This document shows positions 1 to 9,055 of a stretch of DNA of 64,000 bases, piece after piece (within the stretch, counting starts at the first letter, position 1; each line of letters begins with the position of its first letter). Source of the stretch: an uncultured virus (IMG/VR IMGVR_UViG_3300044644_001243) (Duplodnaviria; Heunggongvirae; Uroviricota; Caudoviricetes). The DNA is taken from the IMG/VR virus record IMGVR_UViG_3300044644_001243, positions 1-64,000 of that record, one strand, 5' to 3'. The translations under genes were made by a program, and so were the position numbers. A model generated the notes under the pieces. It did no database searches and was not told where the DNA came from. It saw only the letters and a list, made by a program, of their open reading frames with translations.

Positions 1-41
1 AATGTTATTTTATAATAAATATATTGAGTTGTTAAAATAAA

Positions 42-776
42 CTATAATCCAAATCTAGATTTTGTTGCATTATAGTTTTGCAAGACTTCTGTTGCTGTTA
101 AAGCTTTATTATAAATTGTTATGTTTGAAATCGCACCTTTCCATAACCAACTATTTGTAGTGTTTTTAACAAACCCAACACCTAATGAAAAACTACTATC
201 ACCTACTGATAAAGTTGAAGTGTTTGAACTAGCACCAAAAACAACACCATTTCTGTAAAATTGATTAGTAGTTCCATTACCAACAACAACAATATTAACC
301 CAATCAGTAGTATTAAGAAAACAATTACTAACGGTAAAACTTAAAACTGGTATACCAGCAGTACCTTTTGATGCAAACATAGTAATTGAAGTACCATTAC
401 CAGTACCAAAATAAAAACCTTTTTGACCAGAAGTACCATTATTATTACCTAAAATATACATTTCTATATTTATTACTGATGGTTTCACCCAAGCAGATAT
501 CGTATATATTCCAGTATTTTGTATAAAAGAAAACGAACTTACTGAACCAACATTATCAACATAATCATCTGTACCATCAAATACTATATTACCACCATTA
601 GAACTACTAAATGTAGGACCATTTACTAATGTTCCATTATTTCCATTGCCAGAAATATCTCTCCAAGTTGCAGTTGAAATATATCTATTATATGAATTAT
701 TAGTAGCAACATCTAAATACAACACCAATCCATCTTTAATAATGTTAGGTCCTCTATAATTTTTAGCTGTACTCAT
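42..776 (-). CDS. LamG/concanavalin A-like lectin-domain virion protein (paralogue 1)
   Basis: GLVLYLD..SY....W.DISGN.N.GTLVNGPTF, FDGTDDYV, TISAWVK and C-terminal IYNKALTATEVLQNY motifs typical of phage LamG-fold proteins. Confidence 0.8.
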   Translation of the reverse strand: MSTAKNYRGPNIIKDGLVLYLDVATNNSYNRYISTATWRDISGNGNNGTLVNGPTFSSSNGGNIVFDGTDDYVDNVGSVSSFSFIQNTGIYTISAWVKPSVINIEMYILGNNNGTSGQKGFYFGTGNGTSITMFASKGTAGIPVLSFTVSNCFLNTTDWVNIVVVGNGTTNQFYRNGVVFGASSNTSTLSVGDSSFSLGVGFVKNTTNSWLWKGAISNITIYNKALTATEVLQNYNATKSRFGL

Positions 777-1045
777 GGCATTGGTCTATCATCAGTCCAT
801 TCTGGGCCATTTAATATTATTGATATTTCATCATAAGTATATGGTCCTTCACTTGTTGTTAAATCTAATACCGATGAAGGTATTTCAACTGAATCCCATT
901 TAACAAATGTTTTGGTACCATCGATTGATTTTCTAACTGTATCAATTGATGTTTCTTGTACTTGAGTAAAATCAATAAGTACTAATTCAGATACATTAAA
1001 TATCATGAATTTTCTGTTTTCGTAATCATTTAAATTTGTTTCCAT
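773..1045 (-). CDS. small hypothetical protein in the LamG cluster (possible fibre accessory protein)
   Basis: 90-aa ORF overlapping the start of the next gene by 4 nt. Confidence 0.7.
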   Translation of the reverse strand: METNLNDYENRKFMIFNVSELVLIDFTQVQETSIDTVRKSIDGTKTFVKWDSVEIPSSVLDLTTSEGPYTYDEISIILNGPEWTDDRPMP

Positions 1046-1048
1046 AAT

Positions 1049-1714
1049 TTATAAATATCTACCTTTTGTTGCATTATAGTTTTGTAAGACTTCTGTAGCT
1101 GATAACGCTTTATTATAAAATAATATTTGACCTATATTACCAGTTAATGGTAATGGTTGATTTATCCATTTACCAATAACTATTTGAGCTGATGAAGGTG
1201 TGAATGTTCTACTAGCGGTACCATTCTGAGACCCATTATTATAAAATACTTGACTACCATTACTATATGTAGCAACTAGATTATACCAAACATTTGATGA
1301 CATTACAGTTGTCGCTTGTGTAAACCCACCTCCAGGATAGCATTGAAGTAAAAATTTACTTTGATAAATTTCAAAATTCCAACCACTTAAAGAGGCATTA
1401 GCACATTGAAATAACATTTGTTCAGTAGCAATTACACTAGATTTAACCCAAATACTAAATGTAAACTCAGTTGCTGAATTAATTGTTGTTGCTGAATTAA
1501 TTGTTGCGTAATCATCAAAACCATCAAATAATATAGTACCACCATTATTTGAACTAAACACTGGACTATTTACCAATGTAGAATTATTATTTGTGTAGCT
1601 AATATCGTTCCATGCTGTACTTCCACTAACATAAGACGCTTTTTTACCAGCATCTAAATCTAATACTAACCTATCTTTAACTATTCCACCGTAATATGAT
1701 ATTCTTCCAGCCAT
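1049..1714 (-). CDS. LamG/concanavalin A-like virion protein (paralogue 2)
   Basis: LVLDLDAG..SY, FDGFDDY, FTFSIWVK, WYNLVATY, YNKALSATEVLQNY. Confidence 0.8.
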   Translation of the reverse strand: MAGRISYYGGIVKDRLVLDLDAGKKASYVSGSTAWNDISYTNNNSTLVNSPVFSSNNGGTILFDGFDDYATINSATTINSATEFTFSIWVKSSVIATEQMLFQCANASLSGWNFEIYQSKFLLQCYPGGGFTQATTVMSSNVWYNLVATYSNGSQVFYNNGSQNGTASRTFTPSSAQIVIGKWINQPLPLTGNIGQILFYNKALSATEVLQNYNATKGRYL

Positions 1715-2409
1715 TATTTCCCAAATCTTGATTTTAATGTGTTATAATTTTGTAAAACTTCAGAATCTGATAATGCTTTATTGTAAAGTTGTACTTGACT
1801 AATTCTTCCACTAAACGCTTGACCAGATATAAATTGATTTCTCCAACCAACAAATAATTTACTATTAGAATGTGCTAATAATGAAGTATTTTCTGGTTGA
1901 TTATATATTAACACACCATTAACATACATTTTTACAGTATTATTAGTATCATCAAATACTGAAACTACATTATACCAAGTATTAATTGAATTTATTATAT
2001 TTGTAGTGGTTTCATGTATTCTAAAACTACCATTATGAAACCAAAAATATAAATTACCATTAGGAGAAGTCGTTAATCCATAATCTAAATCGTTTGTAGC
2101 ACCTTCCTTTGTTATTATATTTTTATAACCAGCTGTAGTTGTTTGATAAATCCAAGCTGATAGTGTTATATTTACTGGTAAAATAATATTAGTTGTACCA
2201 TAATCAATAAAATCATCAGTATTATCAAACACTATACTACCACCATTAGCTGAATTATAAGTCGGTCCGTTTGTTAAACTACCTTTAGCACTAGATTTAC
2301 TTAAATCATTCCATACTGTACCACCACTAACAAATGATTTTGGATTAGCTGCGTCTACATTAAATATAAGACCATCGGTTACTATTTTGGGTGAATATCT
2401 AAATGCCAT
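1714..2409 (-). CDS. LamG/concanavalin A-like virion protein (paralogue 3)
   Basis: GLIFNVDAANPKSF, ITLSAWIY, WYNVVSVFD, MYVNG, YNKALSDSEVLQNY. Confidence 0.8.
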   Translation of the reverse strand: MAFRYSPKIVTDGLIFNVDAANPKSFVSGGTVWNDLSKSSAKGSLTNGPTYNSANGGSIVFDNTDDFIDYGTTNIILPVNITLSAWIYQTTTAGYKNIITKEGATNDLDYGLTTSPNGNLYFWFHNGSFRIHETTTNIINSINTWYNVVSVFDDTNNTVKMYVNGVLIYNQPENTSLLAHSNSKLFVGWRNQFISGQAFSGRISQVQLYNKALSDSEVLQNYNTLKSRFGK

Positions 2410-2410
2410 G

Positions 2411-4306
2411 TTATATACTTCTTACAATTGTTTTTAATGTCCATCCAGCAGTTGTTGCTGAACTACTTAACACTGCATTACTACCAACTACTGCAACTGA
2501 GAATGAAATACCAGCTGTTGTTCCTATATCGTTTGTTGATACATCAGTAGATTGTGCTGTTGTACCACTCCATATAGACATAATTGTTCCAGCTCTAGCA
2601 CCAGTTGAACTTATCACTGTGTAATCAAAGAATGCTCCAGTATAACCACTTGTTGGAATTGAATAAACTGTATTCGTACCAGCTGTAAGTGTTACTTTTA
2701 CAGTTGTATTTAATGAAGGTGCTTGATAACTACCCATTAAAATAGTATTATCAGAGAACACCTCGACAATTGGTAAACCAGAAATATCGTTGACACTAAA
2801 TAATGAACCAGTTAATGAATCGGTAACACTAAATAACTCACCTTGAGAACCAACAACGCTAAATATAGGTGATGTCGTACTATTCCCAGAACCAATAACA
2901 GTTAAAATATTTTGACCAGTTCCAGATGCTGTTAAAGTATTTGCACTTACACCACCAGTGAAGTAAGTTGCTCCAGCTACAGTACCACCAGTAAAAGTAC
3001 CACCACCAGTACTGAAACCAGTTACTGTAAATGTACCACCAGTATTGTTAGTAAATGTAGCGGTACCACTAGTATAAGTACCACCAGTGACTCTTATGTC
3101 AATTGGTAAATTAAAATATGTAGTAGCAGAAATAGTTGTTGCAGTTAAACCATTCGTAAATGTTGTTGGACCAGTAACAGTCCCACCACTAAATGTACTA
3201 CCACCACCAGTACTGAAACCAGTTACAGTAAATGTACCACCAGTGTTATTGGTAAATGTAGCAGTTCCAGAACTATAAGTACCCCCAGTTACTCTTATGT
3301 CAATTGGTAAATTAAAATATGTTGTAGCTGAAACTGTTGTAGCTTTCATCTGACCACCAACACTTGTATCACCAGTTACAGTATAAGAACCATTAAGAGT
3401 TTTACTATTAACCCAAACATTACTACCATTATATGCTGAATATGTTAACAAATCACCATATGTTACCCCAGTTATTTTAACATCGTGTAATTCATCTAAT
3501 TCATACCCATTTTGAATTTGATATTCTATATATCCATTAGTTGGAGAAGTTCTAACTACCTTACCAATATAAACTAAATGATTTGGTGCGTATGGTTTAA
3601 CATTTGTAATATAACCAGCATTAGTTGGGGATAAATAAATTGTTTGTCCATCAGATAAAGTATCTATTGTGAATGGATGTGTTGCAGAAGTTCTTGTATC
3701 TAAATTAGTTATTGAACCAATTGTTACTACATCACCAAAACCATTGTTTGCAATATCATTTTTTAACACACCAAATGTTCTGGCTGATGTCATCTCAGAG
3801 TTCGCTTGTGCTAATAGTATTGTAGGTTTATTCCCCGTTGACCCATTCATATACACTACTTGACCTCTATACATATCTGAACCACTTTGGTTACGACAAT
3901 TAACCACGAATTCAGTCGCTACTGCCGATATACCAGTTAGATTAGAACCATCACCATAATAAGTTGTAGCACTCATAGTATTGGCTGTTAATCCGTTTGT
4001 AAAATTAGTTGGTCCAGTTACTGTACCACCAGTAAACGTTGATGAAGGTAAGTTAAGATATGTAGTAGCAGATATTGTTGTGGCAGAAATAGAAGGTGCG
4101 TATAAACTACCAGTCATTGTGTCACCAGTCCTAGCAACTCTATCCCAACCTATTGGAAGGATTGAATTTGCTGTCGTTCCAGAAGCGTATAATATTCCGT
4201 CAGCTGTATTTATAGCTAACTCACCAAGTCTTAAATCACCAGCTGCTGGTACTTTTCCAGCAACATTTGAACGTTTAAGTAAAAACGTATTATTTCTATT
4301 TGCCAT
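2411..4306 (-). CDS. tail fibre-like protein with Mtd-N-like N-terminus and internal repeats
   Basis: LKRS...P...L.LGELAINTADG.LY N-terminus; Gly/Thr-rich; 67-aa internal duplication. Confidence 0.7.
   Translation of the reverse strand: MANRNNTFLLKRSNVAGKVPAAGDLRLGELAINTADGILYASGTTANSILPIGWDRVARTGDTMTGSLYAPSISATTISATTYLNLPSSTFTGGTVTGPTNFTNGLTANTMSATTYYGDGSNLTGISAVATEFVVNCRNQSGSDMYRGQVVYMNGSTGNKPTILLAQANSEMTSARTFGVLKNDIANNGFGDVVTIGSITNLDTRTSATHPFTIDTLSDGQTIYLSPTNAGYITNVKPYAPNHLVYIGKVVRTSPTNGYIEYQIQNGYELDELHDVKITGVTYGDLLTYSAYNGSNVWVNSKTLNGSYTVTGDTSVGGQMKATTVSATTYFNLPIDIRVTGGTYSSGTATFTNNTGGTFTVTGFSTGGGSTFSGGTVTGPTTFTNGLTATTISATTYFNLPIDIRVTGGTYTSGTATFTNNTGGTFTVTGFSTGGGTFTGGTVAGATYFTGGVSANTLTASGTGQNILTVIGSGNSTTSPIFSVVGSQGELFSVTDSLTGSLFSVNDISGLPIVEVFSDNTILMGSYQAPSLNTTVKVTLTAGTNTVYSIPTSGYTGAFFDYTVISSTGARAGTIMSIWSGTTAQSTDVSTNDIGTTAGISFSVAVVGSNAVLSSSATTAGWTLKTIVRSI
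3001..3330. repeat. 201-bp-period direct repeat (67-aa module) inside the fibre gene
   Basis: caccaccagtactgaaaccagttac...ctcttatgtcaattggtaaattaaaatatg begins at 3001 and again at 3202; differences are mostly synonymous. Confidence 0.9.
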
Positions 4307-4377
4307 GTATATAATGGTATGTCTTAAAAATCTCTATAAAGAGTTATGTGTATGGGTTATGTAACCTCTATAAAATA

Positions 4378-4407
4378 AATATGCACAATCGTTAAATTGT
4401 GCATATT
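4378..4407. promoter_or_regulatory. perfect 12-bp inverted repeat overlapping a putative late promoter
   Basis: aatatgcacaat (4378-4389) - cgttaa - attgtgcatatt (4396-4407); overlaps ATAAATAT at 4375-4382. Confidence 0.65.
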
Positions 4408-4436
4408 ATAATTATGATATTTTTAAAGTAAATCTT

Positions 4437-5846
4437 TTAATAAGTACCGCCATCTAAAACATCGTTTTCAGCCAATACTCTCACACCATTTGGTGAGTTT
4501 TTGTCATAGTTAGTATTTCTAATTATAATATCACCAACTTGTGTGAATATGTTTCTATTCGCATTACCAGTTGAAGAAGTATATTCAGTGTTAGGGCTTA
4601 AATTAGCGTTTGTGTATGATAAACCAATATTTAAAGTTGTTGCTGTGTTTGCAATACCAGAACCATCTTGAATTGTCCAACCAGCACCTAACGAAGTAGA
4701 CGTAGTATTTCCAGTAGGGTTATAGTTAAGTGTGATGTTATCATCTTCTACATATAATTGACTAGTAAATGCTGAAATGGAAGGACCAAATACTGTTAAT
4801 GAACCTTGAACAACTGCATCACCAGCAACACTTAACCCACCAGTACCAACACTAACTGAACCATCAGAAGGTACACTAAATGCATTTGTAGAAGCGTTGT
4901 AAGTAAACCCAGCTTCGTCTGTTAACAAACCATTAGTACCAACATAAACAACTCTACCAGCTGTTAAATTAGATAATGTTAAACCAGAAACTGTAGTAAA
5001 TTGAATTGGTAAATCAGCTTGACCTTGATTTTGTTTAATTGTAAACGTATTTGTTGTAGGTGAATAAGTAAATCCAGTAACAAATGTATCAGTTGTAGCT
5101 AAACCAGTAACACTAAAAGAACTATTATTATTATTAGTTAATGTAATTGTACCAGCATTAAATGTACCACCAGTTACATAAATGTCGCTTAACCCAGTAA
5201 TCGTTACGTCTGTTGTATTTCTTCTATTCAATAGTAACGAACCACTAGGACCAGTATAAGAAATAGTACCAGCTGTAACATAAATGTCGTTATTTTGTGT
5301 ATAAGAAGTTAAACTACTATAATTAACGATATCATTAGCACTACTAGCAGCACTACTTACAGTACCATTTGTTAAATTTAATGTAGTGGCAGATAGAGTA
5401 CCATTAACCGTCAACCCAGTCATTGTATTAACAAGAACCGATAAATCAGATTGACCTTGGTTTTGTTTAACGGTTAAAATGTTATTTGAGTAAGTTAATC
5501 CAGTTACGTAAGTATCAACACCAGAAATTGTACTAATATCAGCAACAACAAAACCATTTGTAGTACCAGATAAAAATTTACCAGTTAAGTTAGTAAGACC
5601 ACCATATGATGTAATCTGATTTCTAATTTTTAAATTATAAAGATTAGAACCTACTTCAAAAAAGTTTGCGTTACCACCAGTACCAGCTGGAACCCAGTCA
5701 TTTGTACCAGTAGTTACACCAGATAACATCATAATACCAGCAGCGGTATTAACAATTGGTTCACCAGCATATAGCGTAGCACCAGAAAAAGGAGCTGACG
5801 AATTTGCATTATTTTTTAGTATAAACCTAGTATTTCTATTTGCCAT
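4437..5846 (-). CDS. tail fibre-like protein
   Basis: MANRN N-terminus paralogous to 2411-4306; D.YVTG modules; ends LDGGTY. Confidence 0.7.
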   Translation of the reverse strand: MANRNTRFILKNNANSSAPFSGATLYAGEPIVNTAAGIMMLSGVTTGTNDWVPAGTGGNANFFEVGSNLYNLKIRNQITSYGGLTNLTGKFLSGTTNGFVVADISTISGVDTYVTGLTYSNNILTVKQNQGQSDLSVLVNTMTGLTVNGTLSATTLNLTNGTVSSAASSANDIVNYSSLTSYTQNNDIYVTAGTISYTGPSGSLLLNRRNTTDVTITGLSDIYVTGGTFNAGTITLTNNNNSSFSVTGLATTDTFVTGFTYSPTTNTFTIKQNQGQADLPIQFTTVSGLTLSNLTAGRVVYVGTNGLLTDEAGFTYNASTNAFSVPSDGSVSVGTGGLSVAGDAVVQGSLTVFGPSISAFTSQLYVEDDNITLNYNPTGNTTSTSLGAGWTIQDGSGIANTATTLNIGLSYTNANLSPNTEYTSSTGNANRNIFTQVGDIIIRNTNYDKNSPNGVRVLAENDVLDGGTY

Positions 5847-5879
5847 TTTTAATTGTTTTTATATAAATATATTATTTTT

Positions 5880-6527
5880 TTAATAAGTTCCACCCAAAAG
5901 AGCGTCATCTTGTATTATTGAATTATTTGCTGTGATTTGTCTTAAATTACCTAGAGAATCATTACCTAAATCTAATGTAGGTGTTGTCACTTTAATAGTT
6001 GAAGTCCAAACAGTAGATGTTCCACTAACAGTATTTATATCTCTAAATCTTTTAGATGAAGTACCAACATCAATAGTAGCGTCTAAGTTTGGTGTTAGAT
6101 TAGTGTTAAAAATTGTTTGACCACTAGATAAACTAATTTGAGTGTCACCACTACAACTAATTAATTTATTTGTCTGTACTGATGTACAAGCACTTATTGT
6201 AGTTGCTGATAAACCAGCAGTAAAGGTTGTTAAACCATTTACAGTACCACCAGTAAAAGCAGAACTTACTATATCAGATATAGTAGCAAAGACATTAGTA
6301 CTACTAGGTGATGTAGCACCAGTAATAGCATTAAATTGGTTTTGAGTTAAAGTAAAACCCCCACTGTTATTTGTTTCCCATGTAGCAATACCATCTTTAT
6401 TGATGTATAATATTGCTGTATCTAAATTTACGAACAATGTACCCTTAGAGGAAATGTGTGTTGGAACACCATTCCCATTTTGTATAAGAATTACACCAAT
6501 TGATATCGACCTAATGTTAGTTGCCAT
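5880..6527 (-). CDS. fibre-associated structural protein
   Basis: Ser/Thr-rich; DVGTSSKRFRDI fibre motif; ends LLGGTY like 4437-5846; late-promoter motif upstream. Confidence 0.6.
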   Translation of the reverse strand: MATNIRSISIGVILIQNGNGVPTHISSKGTLFVNLDTAILYINKDGIATWETNNSGGFTLTQNQFNAITGATSPSSTNVFATISDIVSSAFTGGTVNGLTTFTAGLSATTISACTSVQTNKLISCSGDTQISLSSGQTIFNTNLTPNLDATIDVGTSSKRFRDINTVSGTSTVWTSTIKVTTPTLDLGNDSLGNLRQITANNSIIQDDALLGGTY

Positions 6528-6555
6528 CTACTTATTTATTTATAAATATTAAACC

Positions 6556-7362
6556 TTAGCTTATAATCTCCCAATTTGAAGACCATGTATAATTTTTTGC
6601 TGTTTCACCACTAATAATAATTGATAAATTACCACTATTTGCAGAGTAAACAATTGAGTTTGGTGTCATTCCACTAGAAATTCTATCAAAATCAGAATTT
6701 TCACCTATTATTGTTAACACACCAGATGTTTTATTTAATGCCAATGTTCTTTTCCAGAACCCATAGTTAGTAGAACTATTGTATGCGTTAACATATGAAA
6801 CAAAAAATGTGTTAGAATTATCTTTAATTGCAGTTACTGTATCAATAATTAATGTTTGGTTAGATATCGTTTGACCAGTATTACTTAAAAAAGTTCTAAC
6901 TGGTAGTTCAACATCTATTTTTTGGTTATCATTTCTAGTGTAACTTAAAATTTTTGTTGTTTTATTAAATGTACCACCAGTAATATAATAATCAGTAACG
7001 CCAGTTATATTTAAAGAACTACCATTACCCTTAAATAAAGTTAAAGTATCTGTATTATTATTAAATGTACCCCCAGTTATTGATTGATTTGAAGTAGTCG
7101 ATATTATTATGTCAAAAAGATTTGTACTACCACTATAATATGTTGCAGCGTTAAAAGTATTTCCACTAATATTTTCACCACTAACATTACCATCAAATAT
7201 TATAGTTCCAGTACCCATAATAATTTGGGTATCACCGCTACATGAAGCGAATGAATTACTAAAAATTGCGGTACATGCTGAAACTGTAGGTATATCACCA
7301 CTTAATGATAAAGCTTCAATAATAAAAGTTTCATTTACGTCATAATTATACAGATATCCCAT
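6556..7362 (-). CDS. structural protein with fibre-type ITGGTFN modules
   Basis: ITGGTFN twice; SAC...SCSGDTQI motif shared with 5880-6527. Confidence 0.55.
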   Translation of the reverse strand: MGYLYNYDVNETFIIEALSLSGDIPTVSACTAIFSNSFASCSGDTQIIMGTGTIIFDGNVSGENISGNTFNAATYYSGSTNLFDIIISTTSNQSITGGTFNNNTDTLTLFKGNGSSLNITGVTDYYITGGTFNKTTKILSYTRNDNQKIDVELPVRTFLSNTGQTISNQTLIIDTVTAIKDNSNTFFVSYVNAYNSSTNYGFWKRTLALNKTSGVLTIIGENSDFDRISSGMTPNSIVYSANSGNLSIIISGETAKNYTWSSNWEIIS

Positions 7363-8420
7363 TACAATGTACTTCCTATTAATCTAAAACTTCCATTTGA
7401 ATAGAAGTTTTTATAAATTCTTATTACAACAGTATCACTACCATTTATAGTAATTGGTGTGGTTAAAACTGTGCCATCAAAAACAACAGAACCATTAATT
7501 GAAATGACTATCCTATTTATGTCCACAACATCTTTTAATTGCGTTATATAAGCACCATATTGTGATACAAATGAAAATCTAGGTTCAGATTTTGATTTGA
7601 ATAAAAAGTTAAAAGTAAGGGAATTACCTCTTTTAACTGGTTCAAATATAACGTCATTGTATATTTTGTCAGTAGCTATTTCTAAAGTAACCATTTGTCT
7701 GTTTATTGTTGGCACTATTTCATAATCATTTTCATCTAAAATATAACCTAACAACTTCATTTCAAACAATTGAACATAAAATCTTCTATTTTCAAAATCA
7801 TCAATATTACTTTCATCACCGATTGACTCTAAATGCAGCGGCATAGGGTGGCCATTTACGTTTATGTAACACTGTCTAGATTGAAAAGCTCTTTGAATTA
7901 ATCTATTAAACTCATTCAAATCTTTCATTCTGTTAGTAAACAATCTCACTTCATATGACATATCAACTGAAGTAGGTTGCGGTACTTTATAAACATCAAC
8001 ACCACGTCTAACACCGTCCCAAGTAGGAACCTTCATATATGTATAAGTTCTATTTACTGGAATATTCCATAACCCAGCTTGGTTTTGACCTTGTTGAATA
8101 TCTGGTTTTCTAACAATTGTAATAAATGGTAATTCAATGTTTTTAAATTTATCGGAAAATTGCCATGTTTTGCTAAACTCTGTCCATCTTTGAATAGTTA
8201 AAAATATAACTGGAACTTTCTTACCATCGATATTTAAAGATATCCTTTTATCGCTGTTTATAAACTCTAAGAAAGTTTGGTCCATATCTTCCTCTAGGAC
8301 ACCTCTAGGTAAAAAGGTACCATTATCAGCAATCCCATCCAAAATTTCTTGTCGTCTTTCTGGACCTACTTTCTGATTTGTAATTTTTATTCCCGTTTTA
8401 AATCCTTTAGGTACACTCAT
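7362..8420 (-). CDS. tail terminator / sheath stabiliser, T4 gp15-like
   Basis: VPVIF...QRW, ELPFITIVR, PQP.VDMSYEV.L.T pattern resembling the gp15 family; next to the gp14-like gene. Confidence 0.55.
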   Translation of the reverse strand: MSVPKGFKTGIKITNQKVGPERRQEILDGIADNGTFLPRGVLEEDMDQTFLEFINSDKRISLNIDGKKVPVIFLTIQRWTEFSKTWQFSDKFKNIELPFITIVRKPDIQQGQNQAGLWNIPVNRTYTYMKVPTWDGVRRGVDVYKVPQPTSVDMSYEVRLFTNRMKDLNEFNRLIQRAFQSRQCYINVNGHPMPLHLESIGDESNIDDFENRRFYVQLFEMKLLGYILDENDYEIVPTINRQMVTLEIATDKIYNDVIFEPVKRGNSLTFNFLFKSKSEPRFSFVSQYGAYITQLKDVVDINRIVISINGSVVFDGTVLTTPITINGSDTVVIRIYKNFYSNGSFRLIGSTL

Positions 8421-8426
8421 TGTTTA

Positions 8427-8945
8427 TTACATTCCATTAAATTCGCTAGAATCAACTGCTGCACAAACAATCGTTCTATATGCTGCTTTGTATCCCATTA
8501 TTGTGTGTTGATTATCATAATTTTTAATACCGTCATTAACAACACTAAAGTATCTTATTTCCGTTTCGCTTACTGGGTAACCTATATAATCACCATAATA
8601 AATATTTGTATCTAATTCACTTAATTGACTATCATAAATACCAAATGTAAATTGACCATCTTGTAAATATCTTAACATACCTTCATTGTATGCTTTATTT
8701 TCTGCTGCGGCCATCATCGGAGCCACTTTAAGTTCAACTGGCGGTAAAAACTTAATACCATCAATAGGTGCTTCACCATATACATTATCAGATGCTGACA
8801 TTTCTCTATCAACACTATATAAAATTATAGTAAAATTACCATCACCTTCTACGGCCTCTCTACCCATAGAAATTTCTAGATTAAAATCCTCATTTGAGAA
8901 GAATTTATTTATCCTAGTAATCGGTGTTATTTTGTTATTTCCCAT
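8427..8945 (-). CDS. head closure / neck protein, T4 gp14-like
   Basis: IILYSVD.....DNVYGEA...KFLPPVEL, GDYI.Y motifs; context next to the gp15-like gene. Confidence 0.55.
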   Translation of the reverse strand: MGNNKITPITRINKFFSNEDFNLEISMGREAVEGDGNFTIILYSVDREMSASDNVYGEAPIDGIKFLPPVELKVAPMMAAAENKAYNEGMLRYLQDGQFTFGIYDSQLSELDTNIYYGDYIGYPVSETEIRYFSVVNDGIKNYDNQHTIMGYKAAYRTIVCAAVDSSEFNGM

Positions 8946-8990
8946 ATCTTTATTTATAAATATTAATCTAATAAATAATAATCACAACTA

Positions 8991-9019
8991 TTGATTTTTA
9001 TTTAAAAATTTATTATATT
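8991..9019 (+). promoter_or_regulatory. sigma70-like early/middle promoter for the SNF2 helicase
   Basis: TTGATT-17 nt-TATATT; the same hexamer pair and spacing occur at 33999-34027. Confidence 0.55.
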
Positions 9020-9055
9020 TAAATATTATAACATTGTTTAAATAAACAAATAAAA

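Noticed and set aside
42..3330. Possible diversity-generating retroelement TR/VR pairs (LamG 3' ends; 201-bp repeat)
   Set aside because: Mismatches are not confined to adenines and are mostly synonymous, both copies are coding, and no reverse transcriptase is in the window.
2403..6345. Plus-strand ORFs antisense to fibre genes (2403, 3087, 3669, 3981, 5932, 6142) and similar shadow ORFs elsewhere
   Set aside because: They mirror Gly/Thr-rich codons (Val/Pro-rich translations), overlap well-supported genes and have no promoter or motif support.
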